A stretch of 64,000 bases of DNA, from NCBI GenBank assembly GCA_051362555.1, contig CM120645.1:11036001-11100000 (forward strand), written 5' to 3'. Positions 1 to 13,641 of the stretch are shown piece after piece. A program made the position numbers and the translations under genes. The stretch is from Lingula anatina. Its lineage: Eukaryota; Animalia; Brachiopoda. Within the stretch, counting starts at the first letter, position 1; every line of letters starts with the position of its first letter. Below the pieces are notes generated by a model that did not search any database, was not told the origin of the DNA, and worked only from the letters and a program-made list of their open reading frames with translations.

Positions 1-386
1 ATTACTTTGAATTGTGATCGTTTCGACTATCCATGCGCTCGTCCTATGAAGACCACTGCTCATATGTGTAGTAGTGTCATGCAAGTCATCAATGCTATAC
101 TGTACAAAATGTCTTTGAAGGAATACATACTGTATTTTATTCTAAATACATGGAGGTGCATTGAAGACAAGTCGATACCTTATTTCTAAATGGAGTCAAC
201 CCAAAGAAAATATATTTCATTTGTTTATAAATGGCATGAATGAAATCTCTACTGTCATCACGCACAGGGCGAGTATGGGCGAATTATGGAATCGAAACGC
301 TTGCTCTCGGTCGCAATGCGCGATGCTTTCGAGTTACGGGGCCCAGGCTCTCCTTGAGGACACTGGCTTGGACCACATAAATGAGT

Positions 387-541
387 AGGCCAAGGAACAG
401 ATGATTTTTGGTGGTGATCTGGATCAATAATCAATCAATAATCAATTATCAAAAATATCACGAATTTAGGGGTAAAACGGCATTGGATGGAGACTTTGCT
501 GCCTTGACGGAGGTCCGCGCTCTCTGAGTGCTTTTTTAGTT
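387..541 (+). mobile_element. 5'-truncated non-autonomous HINE/MITE-like element (family B), 3' half
   Basis: Shares 'tttttggtggtg.tc.ggatcaataatcaatcaat' and the 3' end 'tttgctgccttg.cggaggtc.gc.ctct...gtgcttt..tagtt' with the copy at 51527-51764. The 3' end has a sub-terminal repeat, a short hairpin and a TAGTT terminus. Confidence 0.65.
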
Positions 542-585
542 ACTGATGTTGACGGTCGGCTGCGGTCTAAATGATTGATGGAATA

Positions 586-587
586 GT

Positions 588-622
<35 letters not shown>

Positions 623-624
623 TT
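586..624. repeat. (ATTT)n microsatellite
   Basis: Direct tandem ATTT units followed by gact/gatt units. Confidence 0.9.
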
Positions 625-1785
625 GACTGACTGATTGATTGAAGGTGGTGATGATAGTGAGGAACGCAATGTAAAATGGTGAGTTTATATGACAAGGATG
701 ACACCAATTGTACTCATTAGTAGATAGTAGTTTGTTAAGCAAAACATGCAAGATAAGCAGTTCTGATAACTAAATAAATAACTCCTTTTTTAAATTTCTA
801 CTCTTGTGTGAAAGATTGTAATTAAAATCGTAATAAAAATTTACAATAAAACTCATATTGTACGTTTCACACTTTTGTAGAATTTTTGTCATTTATTGTA
901 TTTTTAACCTATTGCCCTAATTATTCTTTGCTCGATTTCAGTTTTGATCATGTTCAACTTTATTTTTAAAATGTATAAGTTTGACACATGTCTAATAATA
1001 TGTGTGTAAACCGCTTCCTGCACTTATCTCCGGTAGGCGACGTGGTAGGCCTTCAACAAAATTAATGGGGACGCGATGGGGGTGTGGTTCTCCTCTGTCT
1101 TTCACACACCAATTCCTGACACAGATGCTCAGTAGAGTTAATATCAGGGCCCAAAGGTGGTTGCTCCATCCTCAGGACATTGAGTTTCTGAAACAAATCG
1201 CTCACCAGACGAGGACTGTGAGGAATCGCGCTTCCTTTACGAAGCCTGGCGTAACCCCAAAGTCACCTCTTGCAGATGGAGTGCATATATATGTATTACA
1301 TAAGTCTATAATTGATTAATTTATCTATGTGTTGTTTGTTGTATTATATATTTATTTATTTCTGTATCCGGTTTCTGAGGCCTACGGGAACTCCACATGT
1401 GGTGTATGTTATTAAAACTATTACCAAGACGTTTTAATTAACCTACGAGTTAGGACAAATGCACGCACAAAAGATAAGGCCCATTGTTAAGTCATCGTGC
1501 GGAAATTGTGCGGCGGTATACATAGATAAATGATAACAAGAGTAGATAAGCGGTTTATCAGTGCGAATATCGCATCTTAAAGGCACACTTGGTCTAAAAA
1601 TGACCACTCGCTTTAAGGTCAGTTTGAGGACAGACATTAAGTCTCAAGTCTCAGTATTACTAACAATACATCACATCGACGAACAAAAGGCTGGAGACAG
1701 ATATGCCGGAAGATTATTTCGCAAAATTGCCGTAGAAAGCCGTCCCTTTGACACATTGAGATATTTTGATAAAATGCAGGGGGTG

Positions 1786-1793
1786 TATAAAAG
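1786..1793 (+). promoter_or_regulatory. Candidate TATA box of the multicopper oxidase gene
   Basis: TATAAAAG about 120 bp upstream of the ATG at 1905. Confidence 0.5.
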
Positions 1794-1904
1794 CTGAGCA
1801 GGTAAGAGGCCTTGACAGACTTTCAACCAACATATATTACAATACTTTTAAGATTTGATTGAACTTTTTTTCTTTTTTTTAGTTTTGTACTTTTAAGTGC
1901 GACA

Positions 1905-4900
1905 ATGCTGAAATATTGTGGGTTTGTTCCAGCGTTGCTCTTAGTTATCTCGGTGAGTAGTTTAAGTAGCCTTTGTTGGCCGTCGTAAAACCCTTTTAAT
2001 CAATATTAATTTCCATAGTAATGTGTTATATCGGTTGTTTATTTAACAAGATAGTAGGCATTGACAATGCGAGGCCAACAGTCAAATTCAAATAAACATT
2101 TTACGTCCACAAAATCTTCACATGTCACTAATTAAATACAACAATTTTTACTCTTTTTAACATATATTTCATATTTCAGATTCCCAGGCAATGTTTTGCA
2201 AATTTTGAAGGCTGTAATAATATAGACGGACATTTGGGTAAGTTGGAATTTTGAAGATCAACATGTTAGAAATAAGAAATTTTCTTAAAACGCTTTGTAT
2301 TAGACATACTTAATTATTTAATTTTGCCTTTATACTTAACTTTTGATAACTGCATTAAATGATAACATTTTTTATTTTACACTTTTATCTCACCCAGAGA
2401 CAGATGTTGTAGAAATTGGCGCTGGCTGAAATGTATGAAAAAAATCCATTTTAGCGAAATCCATACCTCTAGGAAAATTATTATCATTTTATTTCAAGAA
2501 TAGTTCCAACATTTCAATTCTTAATTTTGTCTTAATTTGATGATTTTCAGTATGCGAGTACCATTTAGAAATCGCTGATGCCTACACGATGACATATGAA
2601 AACGACCGGGTGGTAGCCGACTGCACCAAACCCGATGGCTCCCGGTTGGAAAATGGCTGCGTGGCCTGTAAACTGACGGAGGGCGGAAACTGCGGGGGAA
2701 ATGATTCGGTTGCCTCCATCCCTTTTGGTGAGTATTTATTTTAATTGTTAATGGAGTAGTTTACTGCAATTTGTGTTTAAAAAACTATACCCTAAAGGTG
2801 CTTTGAGGGTGCATCAAACGATCCTTCCAAAAAGACAGCTAGATTAGACACCGTGCAGTGTAGTTCCAATACAATCAAAACCATTTGTTTTTGTTTTTAT
2901 AAAGATACCCTATTTCTATTTCAGAAAGCATCAACACTGGCGATGGTATATTCCGCAGAATAGTTACAGTAAATGGTTCTCTAGTCGGTCCAATTTTAAG
3001 AGTAAGTACAGCTATTTTAAAACACGCTGTGCGTACACATATGTTCAAAATGAAAGTAATTACTAATGAATTGAATTAAAAAACGACACCTACAATCAAA
3101 ATGCGCAGAATTATACAAACTGTTAGGATAGGTTCGAAGACCAAAACTAGAAAATGATATCAGTCCCTACCTCTGCATTTATTTATTTATTTATTTATTT
3201 ATTTATAACTCATTCTCCATCTTTTCCATAGGGTAAAGTTGGAGCCCAAATGGTCATTCACGTGACCAACCACCTGTACGACAGTCCACTGACTATCCAC
3301 TGGCATGGTCAGTTCCAGTACCTGACCCCGTTCATGGACGGCGTCCCTATGATCACACAGTGTCCTATTGAGAAAGGACAAACCTTCACCTACAGATTTA
3401 AGGCGGATCCTGCTGGTAAGAAAGACTTCCATAGGTTGAGGACATAGAATATTTGGCAACTGCTAAATCAGTGTTTAGTGTATGTGAAATATCATTTAAA
3501 TTTTTTTTCAAAATATCTATCATTGATTTTGTTAGAAATAATCGATGTCAACTGGTTGGGGTGTTATACATAAGAACAGATTTTATAACACCACTTTGGC
3601 CAGTTCAGACGAACTGCATTAGGGTCAAATCAAAAGTTTTCTGTAAAAAAGTATGAACACGGCCAATGCATTATCTACATGTAAAGCATCTAAATTATCG
3701 CCTAATTAAATTACCATTTTGATTGTATTTGCCAAGGAACCTTCTGGTATCACGCCCATACAGCCGGAAAACGCTCAGATGGCGGACTAGGAGCTCTCAT
3801 TATTCACGAAGATAACGAGCCTAATGCCGTAGAATACAACCACCGACCAAACCTCGGATTTGCAGCCACTCTCAGAGGCCCACCTCCACATGACAAGCAC
3901 GTGGTCACTCTCCTGGACTGGCAGCACGAGCAGACGTCGGACGTTTGGCTTCAACAAAATGGCGGCAGTTGGTTCTGGCCCAACAATCCTGCGTTTCCCA
4001 CAAAAGAGGATCGTTTCAGCCTCAGTTTTGGACCCGATGGCGTCGCCGTTGCTGGGATACCTTACGTGTCGGCTTTAATCAACGGCAGAGGGCGCTTCGA
4101 AAATCCACTGTGGCACCAAGACGCTCCAGAGGAGAACAACAAGGTTCCTTATGAACGGTTCTACGTTGACCAACCGCAAAAAGGCATTAGACCTCAGAAA
4201 TATAGGTTCCGTATCATTGGTGCTCAGCTGCAGTTTGCTCTAAGGTTCTCCGTCGATGCTCATCTAATGACCGTCATCGCATCCGACGGGTTCGACATGA
4301 TGCCGATACGCAACGTGGAAAGTCTGATCGTTAACCCCGGTGAGAGATACGATGTTGTCATCCTTGCTGACAATCCACTTAACCGACAAGCATACTGGAT
4401 CAGGGCTGCTCCTCACATCAGTAATCCCGGATACGACACCGGCAACTACTCCCTCCAGGAAGGCAAGGCGCTGCTGATTTACGGAGACGAGACAAGCCCT
4501 TACATCTATCCCGAAGACGTCTCCGAAGTCTCTCGCCCTTGCGTTCAGAACCCCAACAGAAAGTGTGTAATCATCAACTGCAATTACAACATCCTCCCTT
4601 CCAGTTACAATGCCAGGTGTATCAACCCGGGGGAGTTCAGGAACAGAATGGGTGCTGTCCAGGTACCTGGTGTACGAGAATCACGCATTGAGAGGTCCGA
4701 AAACCTCTGGATGAACTTTGCCTTCCAGACAGGAGGACCAGGTGTGAACGGGATATCATTCCGGGAACCGACCTCCCCTCCTCTCTCTCAGCCGGACCTC
4801 CTTCCCGGGTCCATAACAGAGTGTCCAGGCACCTGCCGAGACTCAGATAACTTGGGAGGATGTAAATGTACCGGCACTGTCAATCTGAACTACAACAGGC

Positions 4901-6602
4901 CTTACCAGTTTGTTTTTACCAACGTTGGGGCAGGTGGAGCCAACAGTAAGTAGAAGTAGAGCAGGTTTCACTTCTATATGAATATCTTAATCTCTCATGT
5001 ACATGTATATGCCCTATTGTGAAAAATCTGCCTGTGTCCATTGTTTTGTGAAAGTGTTACATGTTGAGCCCTTTCTTATTTTATGATTTTCAGAATGTTT
5101 CTCAAGGGTATTTAGACACAACGAATTTATTAACAAACTATCCTCCAAAGAATGCCGATTCGCGTTCAGATTTCTAAAATTTTGATGGAAAATATAACCC
5201 CTCATTCCAGCTGGCGCCCCGCACCCCGTTCACATGCATGGCCACAGTTTCTACGTGTTGAAGGTGGCCTATCCAGAACAGTCCCCGGACGGTCACTTTA
5301 ACAAGATACATCCGGACATCTGCTGCCCTTGCCCGGATGATGAGTCGCAGTGCTGTACCACTATTGACGACAGGTATGTTCAAGAGTGGACATGTAGATG
5401 ATTTTCCAATTAACTGAAGCCAAGTCAGAACGCAATTGCCATCAACTGAAGTTGAATTTTATATTATCATGGTGCTACGTGCATTTGCATTGATATGCCC
5501 TGATGGCGTATTTGGCATTTTTTTGTTTCTCTAGAGTCTGTTGATACCAGTGCACTAAATAACTCATTTCAAACAGTTTGCTCAAATTGTAAAACTGGTT
5601 TATAGGATGAAAGGCTATGCCAGGGCGTTATGTCTTATTCAAGATTTTAGAGGCTGAAAAGTTAAATAAATTTTCCCTTTAGTGTCCTCCAAGTTAATCC
5701 ATCACAATCCAAAGTCAAGCAGCATGACAAAAAATTGGGTTTATCCTTATTTAATTCAACATTTTTTTTGCTCTCCAGCAATAGACACCTGACCACTTCC
5801 ACGGGGGGCGTGGTTCTGTGTAACAACCCACGGTTCGTGGAAAGCCGTTGGAACCAAGACCCGAACAGAATTCAGGGACTGGAACTGGCTCGTCCTCTGC
5901 AGAAAGACACCATTATCGTGCCAGCAGGGGGGTACACAGTGGTTAGGATAATGGCCAATAATCCGGGTGGGTAGTTTTTTTAATGAAACAGTTTCTTTTT
6001 ACCAAGTGTTTCCACCTGGAATGCACATTCGACGTTAGCTAACTAAACTGTAGGACCCAACAGATCTTAACTATTATCGTTTGTGAACGATGTCGCCAAG
6101 CTTCTATCGGATTTCCGTGTATCAGAATTTGGAATAATACCCATCTGCTAACAACTTTATAAAACAATCCTTTTACAATTTATTTATTTTTAAACGAGGC
6201 CTATCTTTACTGTACCGAATCAGTCATATTTTAACATTATTCCAATTCATTGATATTACTGTCCTATCACAATATATTGTGTTATTGGTAAAAATGATCA
6301 TAATTATGATACATATCAGCCCATGTCTGAACAGAAAGGCCACAAACCATTTATCACAGGGTAGATAGTACAGTTGTATAGCGTTATTAAGCCTGAAATA
6401 TTCTCTGTGCACTTTAGGTTGGTGGTTGGTCCATTGTCACATAGAAATGCACGCAACAGGAGGGATGGCGTTCGTGATGAACGAGGCTGCCAGAGAGCAG
6501 AGGCAGCTTCATAAACCCAGAGGATTCACCACGTGTTCCAACTTTGAGTCCTCGGCACAAGACTACTACGACGCCATGGATGTAACCTTTCTTGATGGAT
6601 GA
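1905..6602 (+). CDS. Secreted laccase-like multicopper oxidase (~762 aa, 9 exons)
   Basis: Exons 1905-1952, 2180-2237, 2551-2727, 2925-3001, 3232-3415, 3737-4945, 5211-5373, 5779-5966, 6418-6602. All introns are GT-AG with consistent phases; total 2289 nt. Signal peptide MLKYCGFVPALLLVIS. All four copper motifs are present: HWHG, WYHAH, HPVHMHGH and HCHIEMHATGGM (axial Met). AATAAA at ~6718. Confidence 0.93.
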
Positions 6603-8413
6603 TTGGAATATTTTCATTCCTGTTATTCTTGTCGTTCATAATTATAGTTGTGTAAGCTAAGAAATATAGAAACCTTTTATCAAAGAAAACACTTGTATTA
6701 GCATCGCTAATTTTTAAAATAAACGTGTTTCTTTGAATGCTATTTAATTCTCACGTCAAATCAGTAGCTCTTAATAATGTATCGGGATTGTTAATTGTCT
6801 CATTATATTTAAAACATGTCCTCTGAAAATGATATTAAATCATTTATAATGGTATCAGTACTTTAAATGGATTGGTGTGTATATGCATTTTTTCAAGGTT
6901 AAGTTATTTGAAGTTAAATGTACTTTTTCATAAAACAAACATTGTCTTCTGTCTTGTCCTTTGAAAAAAAAATACTTCTAACTTTATATACCGCGTTTTG
7001 CCAAAGTTAGACTCAGAAAACACTTAAATTAAAACTGGTTGTTATGATAGTGTCATACAATGTTTATGGACAATGTTTATGGACATTAATTGTCTTCAGA
7101 ATGTACCCTGACTGGTCCTCAACAACTTCACACGAAGAAGTAATAAATGCGTTGGTTCGTATTCTACACATCGACAGTGTTGTATTAATGATGAAATTTA
7201 AAAATCAAATCTTTGTTACTTTAGTACAAATTGAGGGGATGTTTTTATAGGTGTAGTCATTTACCTAGTGAAAGGTTTTAGGTTGAGACCGCAGCGTCGG
7301 TCAGTAGCTAATTGTAAGTTCCAGGATCAGATCTAGAGTTATTTATATTTATCAGTTTCTCGAAATGTTCCACACGTTAAATTCAGCTATTCTGTTACTC
7401 TAAGGAATGAACATCCTGATTTTTCAGTGTATGTCGCCATTGTCGTCTGTTTCACTGGACAAACAATCCGTAAAATATTGAGAAAGTTTATCTGAAGGAT
7501 AAGGTCCCCTGTATAGTTAACTAGGCCATTCCGTACATTAATCTTGTGAAAGCTTTTTTTTCTAAATTTAACAGTTCGGATGTCCATTTTATCCCAAGTC
7601 ACACAGTTTGGCAAATGAATACTCGAAAATAAGGCACGATGCAACATACGGTTTCAGTCATTTCGTTAGAAAATATTGGCTCTAGTAGAAATCATTCGCA
7701 GGGTTTGACCATTACCTGCAACGCATCTGAATAGGCCGCAGAATAACAAAAATTTTCATTTTAAAATATAATTTATTAAATATGCACCCCAATCGCTTCA
7801 TATAATTTGATAACAGAAGAAAAGTTTACCCTCTTTCTCTATAGCAGTGTTATACAGTGCTATAACTACACTAATCATGTTTATCCTAATTTCGTGTACT
7901 GTTAAACTTTACAATAAATATATTTATTAAATTTTAACAAAATATACATTATCACTTACCATAAATGGTATGCGTTTGTTATTTAAATAACATTACGGCA
8001 CATGAGGTACTGACGTAAACAAACAATATAAATATGTAAGGAAATAGTCGAGATGAACAATGTTAAATAACAATATAAAACGACAGTACCAAAATTGTGC
8101 AAATACAACCTCATTCTGTTACACTGTATTATCTACAGAAAAATGATTACAATTACCTTGAGCTTTGTGGTTTTATTGCTTGTATTTCCAACACAGCATT
8201 TGTTCGATGTACGAGATCTAAGACTAACATGCAGTCTTGAACAATTTTTACAGGTCATAACATTTTTAATGTTCTCTCACGTAAAATCTTTCATATCCAA
8301 ATAAATTAAATCTTTATGTACATATATACATCATCAATGACAAAAGTCCCAAGACTGCAATAAGAAAAATACAAATTGTGTAAGTCAACAATGTGAATGG
8401 GACTTGAAAGTAG

Positions 8414-10207
8414 AAACAAGGCAGCAAAGCTGTCAAATGTACAGACAAAAAGCAGGAAATAACTATGCACAAAATAGGCTACTGTCAATTCTGATGCAAA
8501 AGGACATTATGTTAAACTGCAAATTCAACATCAAATTTTAATTATGCTCAACAGGTAATACCAATGTAAGTAAAATGTGTAACAAGCATAAGGCTTCAGG
8601 CCCATGGCAGTTCAAGTTCACACTTTGAAATGTTTTCCAACTCAGGCTGCATTTTAGTCCTGTATTTCTTTTTTGAACGTTTGGCAATCATCAGTAACAT
8701 GGTTTTCCCATAATGGTCATCATGGCAGCAGCACCCAAAATTGTGTTTTCTTTTATTCTGATGCAATATTACATAATGGTTAACAGCATAATGACCGTCA
8801 ATTTTTAATGATAAAATATACGTATCACAGATTTTCAGAAAATGTGACTAGCATGGGTCTTCAAGCCCATGGAACTTCAAAGTCACACCTTGAAAATGCC
8901 AATATGTGAAAAATTAAATTTTCACAAAAAAAAAAAAAACTGTTTAACTAGCAGAAAGAATTACCAAACAGACTGCATTGCCTACTGAAGCTGTATTTTA
9001 GTCCCATGTTTCTTTCCTGTAAGTTTGAGAACAGTAAGTGACATGATTTTTCTTAAATGGTCATCATGGGAGCAGTGCCCAAAATATTTTTTTCCAAATT
9101 TTGATGCAATATTACATAACGTTTAACAGCATAATGACCATCAATTTTTAATAATAAAATATTAGTATTATGGATATTCAGAAAATGTGACTAGCAAAGG
9201 TCTTCATGCCCATGGAACTTCAAAGTCACAACTTGAAAATGCCAAAATGTAAACAAGACAGCACTGTCCTGAAATGTGTTTTTTTCCATTTTTAACATTT
9301 TTTTAACATATAACAAAATTAACAATTTACTGCCATTTATATATGATCAACTAAGAAAATTGATGAGATGGAAAAAATATCAATAGAACAGTGTTTAATG
9401 TCCAATTTCCTCCATTCTGAGTTTCTGAACATAGTGAATGATTGAATCTTACAAACTGCAATGATATGAGTTTATTTCCATTTTTGACACCTTATTACAC
9501 AATACACGATTACAAGTTTACCATCATTTTTACGTAATCAACTAACAATGTTGTAAAGATGCAGGAAATGTCAAACAAACACTTTTACATATCTTATTAA
9601 TTAAATAATGAAACTATTAACATGCCTAAGAATTGAATCTGAGGAAATGTGAAAAAACAGCATAACTTATAAAATAATGGTCCGATTATGCTGATTTTCG
9701 AACTTGACCTGCATTTTAGTAAGATTGATTACTCCTGTGAGTTTCATGACAACAGGCCCATGGGTTTTCCTTGAAATGTGTTAACAGTGTTGCATATATG
9801 CTGAAAAGTGAAAAAACAGCATAACTACTAAAATAGTGGCCCAATCATGCCGATTTTCGAACTTGATCTGCGTTTTAGTAAGATTGATTACTCCTGTGAG
9901 TTTCATGACAACAGGCCTATCAGTTTTCCTTGAAATGTGTTAACAGTGTTGCATGTATGCTGAAAAGTGAAAAAACAGCATAAATTCTACAATAATGGCC
10001 CGATCATGCTGATTTTCGAACTTGACCTGTGTTTTATGAATATTCATCAGCTCTGTAAATATAAAGCCAAAAAGCAAAACTGTCTTCCACTTATGGTGTT
10101 AACGCTGAAAGTGCACGGCGACATGATCGGCGACGGCGACGGCGACGGCGACGACAGACGCAGGTGATGGCAATATGTACAGACACATCTGTGTCTGTAC
10201 ATAAAAA
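8414..10207 (-). mobile_element. Complete Helentron-associated non-autonomous element (HINE/DINE-1-like, family A), copy 1
   Basis: On the minus strand: 5' TTTTT-ATGTACAGACACAGATGTGTCTGTACAT (subTIR plus inverted repeat), a (GTCGCC)n microsatellite, internal ~140-bp and ~360-bp tandem units, then 3' subTIR TGTCTGTACAT, hairpin GACAGC-TTT-GCTGCC and TTGTTT. Homologous to 48920-52322. Confidence 0.85.
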
Positions 10208-10318
10208 CGGATGTACCATTCGCATACATTAAAACAAATTCACCATGCTCATCATCATCAATAAATACTATGAAACTTAACAATATGCTCTGTTGACCAA
10301 CGCAGAAATCGTCGCAAC

Positions 10319-13300
10319 TTATTCGAAAACGTCCCTGAAAGTCACATGACCCTCCTTTTCACTGACGTCATCATACGCGTCCTGTCTACTCAAGGGCCGG
10401 TGACCTCTGATTTGGTCCCTCTCATACCATCCGCCTTGTACGGTCATATACTGGTCCGAGGTTAACACTTTGTATCGTGTTTGTGAGCGTTTGGGCGGGT
10501 AAGGTTTCTCGTTCGTAGGGTACCTTCCGGGTACGTGGTACCAGGCAGCTCCGTGGTGGACACCTTTAGAAATGTCCCGAGGCGCTGGGGGAGGTCCCAG
10601 GAGGCTCTTGACGCTGCTATGAGGGCCCTGGATAGTGAAGGCATTGTCTATATCTATGCTATGTTCGGTTGGAATGTAACATCTGGAACGGTGGACCTCG
10701 TGCGACGTCATCGACGACTGAAAACTGCGCCCGGTCACGCCGGAGATGGCGCTTCCCAGACGACTGAGAATCCCCGACCTTGACCCCGTGTGTGACGTAT
10801 GAGATCCCGGGGCCTGGTGAGACGCGGCGTGGCTTCTGGCGGAATATTTTTCGAAGAGGGACGCTGGACGAATGGGCACGCTGCGGGTTTTGTTGGCCTT
10901 CTTTTTCAAGGCACCACTATGCGTAGTGGGGCTCGCGCTGTGTTGGCTCTCAGTTATGCCGTATTGAATCTCCACTTCCGGGGCAAAACTTTCAATGTGC
11001 GTCGGCAATCCGACCGGAGTCGTCGGCTCTTCCTCCTCCGCCGTCGGCTCCAGGGCCATGTGTTCCAACCTAGAGACTAAATCAGCATCGTAGTTATCTC
11101 TGTCAAACCGATCATAGGTCATGCTGAGAGAACGCGATTTCATCAAGTTCTTGTGCAGGGGTCCATTGGATTGCTGCTCGTTCTGCCCGTCGCTATGGTA
11201 CCCATCCTCACTGATCAGATCCCCGCAGGAACCGCCAAGGTCGTTGTTCGTGAATCGACTCTGGGGCCTGCTGGGCCAGTTGCTGTCCACCTGGCTGGTT
11301 CTGGTTGAAAGGTACCCGCTTTTTGGCCTCCAAGAGCTTCCGGACTCGGACTTACTGCGTTGGCTTATCTTCATCAAGTCCTTGTCACGGAAACTGAGGC
11401 TGCTGCCTGGCCGGTCTCTGGACCTCCTGTCAGTGGGCTTTGCAGGGCCGAAGTCGTATTTGCCCAGTTTCAGGGAAGTTTCTAGGTCCATCAGTGATTT
11501 TCGCACGGCCTTGGTGACATGGTGTTGTGCCCCTGATAAAAAAAGAACTCAATGAATTAATCCCTCTCTGTTGAAGCACTTCAAACAGGGTTAATACAAA
11601 GATTTTACATAAGCATTTGGTGCATGTGGTGCATTTGTAGCAATTTTGTTATTTCCGGGTCCTTTTTAATATTAATCCCTAATTTCTACAAATGAACAAT
11701 GCCTTGCTGAAGTACAAGGAAGTCTATTTAGTAGAGACAGCAACTTTTATAGCCAGTAGCCCTTACCTAATTTCTGAGTTCTTATATCCAAGGCTCTCAT
11801 CATTAGCCCCCTAGCCTCTGTCTTACAGGCTAAGCTACCTTCAGACTTCAGGAGTTTACCTGGAAGGATGAGGACAATCACATAAGTATATTTTACTAAA
11901 TATACTTAATATGGTGTGATTCAACTGAAAAGGTTCTCTTATATAAATATTAAAAATTTACTATTTAGCCAATTCTGCCAAAAATGCAAACTTATTGACA
12001 TAACCAAATTTTACTTTAAAATCTTCAGAAAATGATGGTAATTTCTTTATGAATACTCAATACAAATTTATCTTTCGATTGCTTTAACAGAAACATGAGC
12101 CAAATCTTTACGCACATGGTTAAATTTCAAAGTCAGATATTTACCAAGGTGAAATAATGTTGTTGCCACTAGGAGGTGCTCTGAGCCAAGACACTGCTCT
12201 CTGATTTTCAAAGCTCTCCTGTACAAGTCCTCTGCTTGCGCCTTGTCATATCTGGTAGAAATGGAAAAAATATGTTAACTTTGATAATACATGTTAAAAG
12301 TTCATTATTTAAAAATCTAAATTATGAAGAAAAATCTAAGAAGATAAGTTTTAGTTAACTTTGTAATTTCCCTTTTGATCAGATTGTAGAAGATGCCAAG
12401 GCAAAAATATTATATTTAATAAAAATGAAAGTTATTTTCAACTTCATTGACTAAGTGACTGAATAAGAACAACTAAGAATGCATATCATTCAGTAACCCT
12501 ACTCTGTACAAATTACACTGTACTTGACAACACATATTTAACACAGCCAAAAATTCACTAGTTAATCTCCAACTAATTTAGTTCAGCTGTTCATGTATTG
12601 TACAGTAAATACAATCAGGTAGGCTCAAATCTAAGTAAATGGCCTGGGTGACAAACTTACCCTCTGGTATTCTCTTTACAGGACAGTAGTCCCCCCAGGT
12701 CATTGAGGACTTCGGCCACCACAGGGTGGTTCTTTCCAAACCACTGCTCACGGATGCTCAAGGCTAGTCTGTAGCAGGATTCTGCCTTTACAAAGTCAAG
12801 CTGACGCATCCTGGAAGAAAATGATATTTTATGAATTATTCAATGCTTGCACCAGGCTTGAGTCCTAATTTATATTGTGTCTTAATTATCATTCATTCCC
12901 TCTTCTGTGCATAATTAATATTGTCACTTTGAAAGAAAAGAGATTCCTTTTGTAGATATCAGCCTCTACATTCTCAAGTACATGTATATATCATGTTCAG
13001 TGTCAAATTCATCAGTTACAGATACTGTTAGCTACAATTTTGTGATGTGTAGCTACTTCTCTTTTTGACAAGCTCATATCATCGACCTAAAGCTAGTCAT
13101 GTAATATTGAAAAGACATAGTTATATACTGTTTTCACATCAAAACAACTGCATTTTAATCACTCTCCCAAATCAACACAGTACTCTCAAACCCCTGAAAA
13201 TACTCTCTAAGCCCTCACCTCAGCACCCCTAGGTGGTACTGCACCGTGGCTTTCCCTGGCACACTGAAGGCAGACTCCATACACTGCTGGGCCTCCAGCA

Positions 13301-13606
13301 ACTGTTCCTCAGCCTCTGAGAACTTGCTGTCGTAGATCTTCATGGTCCCCAGGCAGTCCAGCAGACGTCCTGAAAGAAAACAAGAAATATTATGTATAAA
13401 TTATGTCCAATCACAAAGAATTTGATATGAAGTTTTAGAATATACATTTTAATGGGGTGATTATGTATATTACACATGCATCCATGCACTCATACACACA
13501 CACCATAAGACCATACTTAACTTATAAACAAATTTAAACACATTAAAAACATCACTTCTGCTATAAAAGCATACCTGATATCTAATCAGAGACTTAATAT
13601 CAAATT

Positions 13607-13641
<35 letters not shown>

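Noticed and set aside
1002-1797. ORFs of 105, 64 and 78 aa upstream of the laccase
   Set aside because: No recognisable motifs or splice context; they lie in promoter or intergenic sequence.
7245-7335. Possible tRNA-derived SINE head (GGTTGAGACC, B-box-like)
   Set aside because: No clear A box, no cloverleaf and no second copy in the window.
9640-10090. Regularly spaced repeats that superficially resemble a CRISPR array (also 49008-49620)
   Set aside because: Whole ~140-160-bp units repeat with no unique spacers, there are no cas genes, the context is eukaryotic, and they are HINE core repeats.
10535-11555. Plus-strand ORFs (82, 93 and 144 aa) antisense to the TTC41-like last exon
   Set aside because: Shadow ORFs of a GC-rich coding exon with no independent features.
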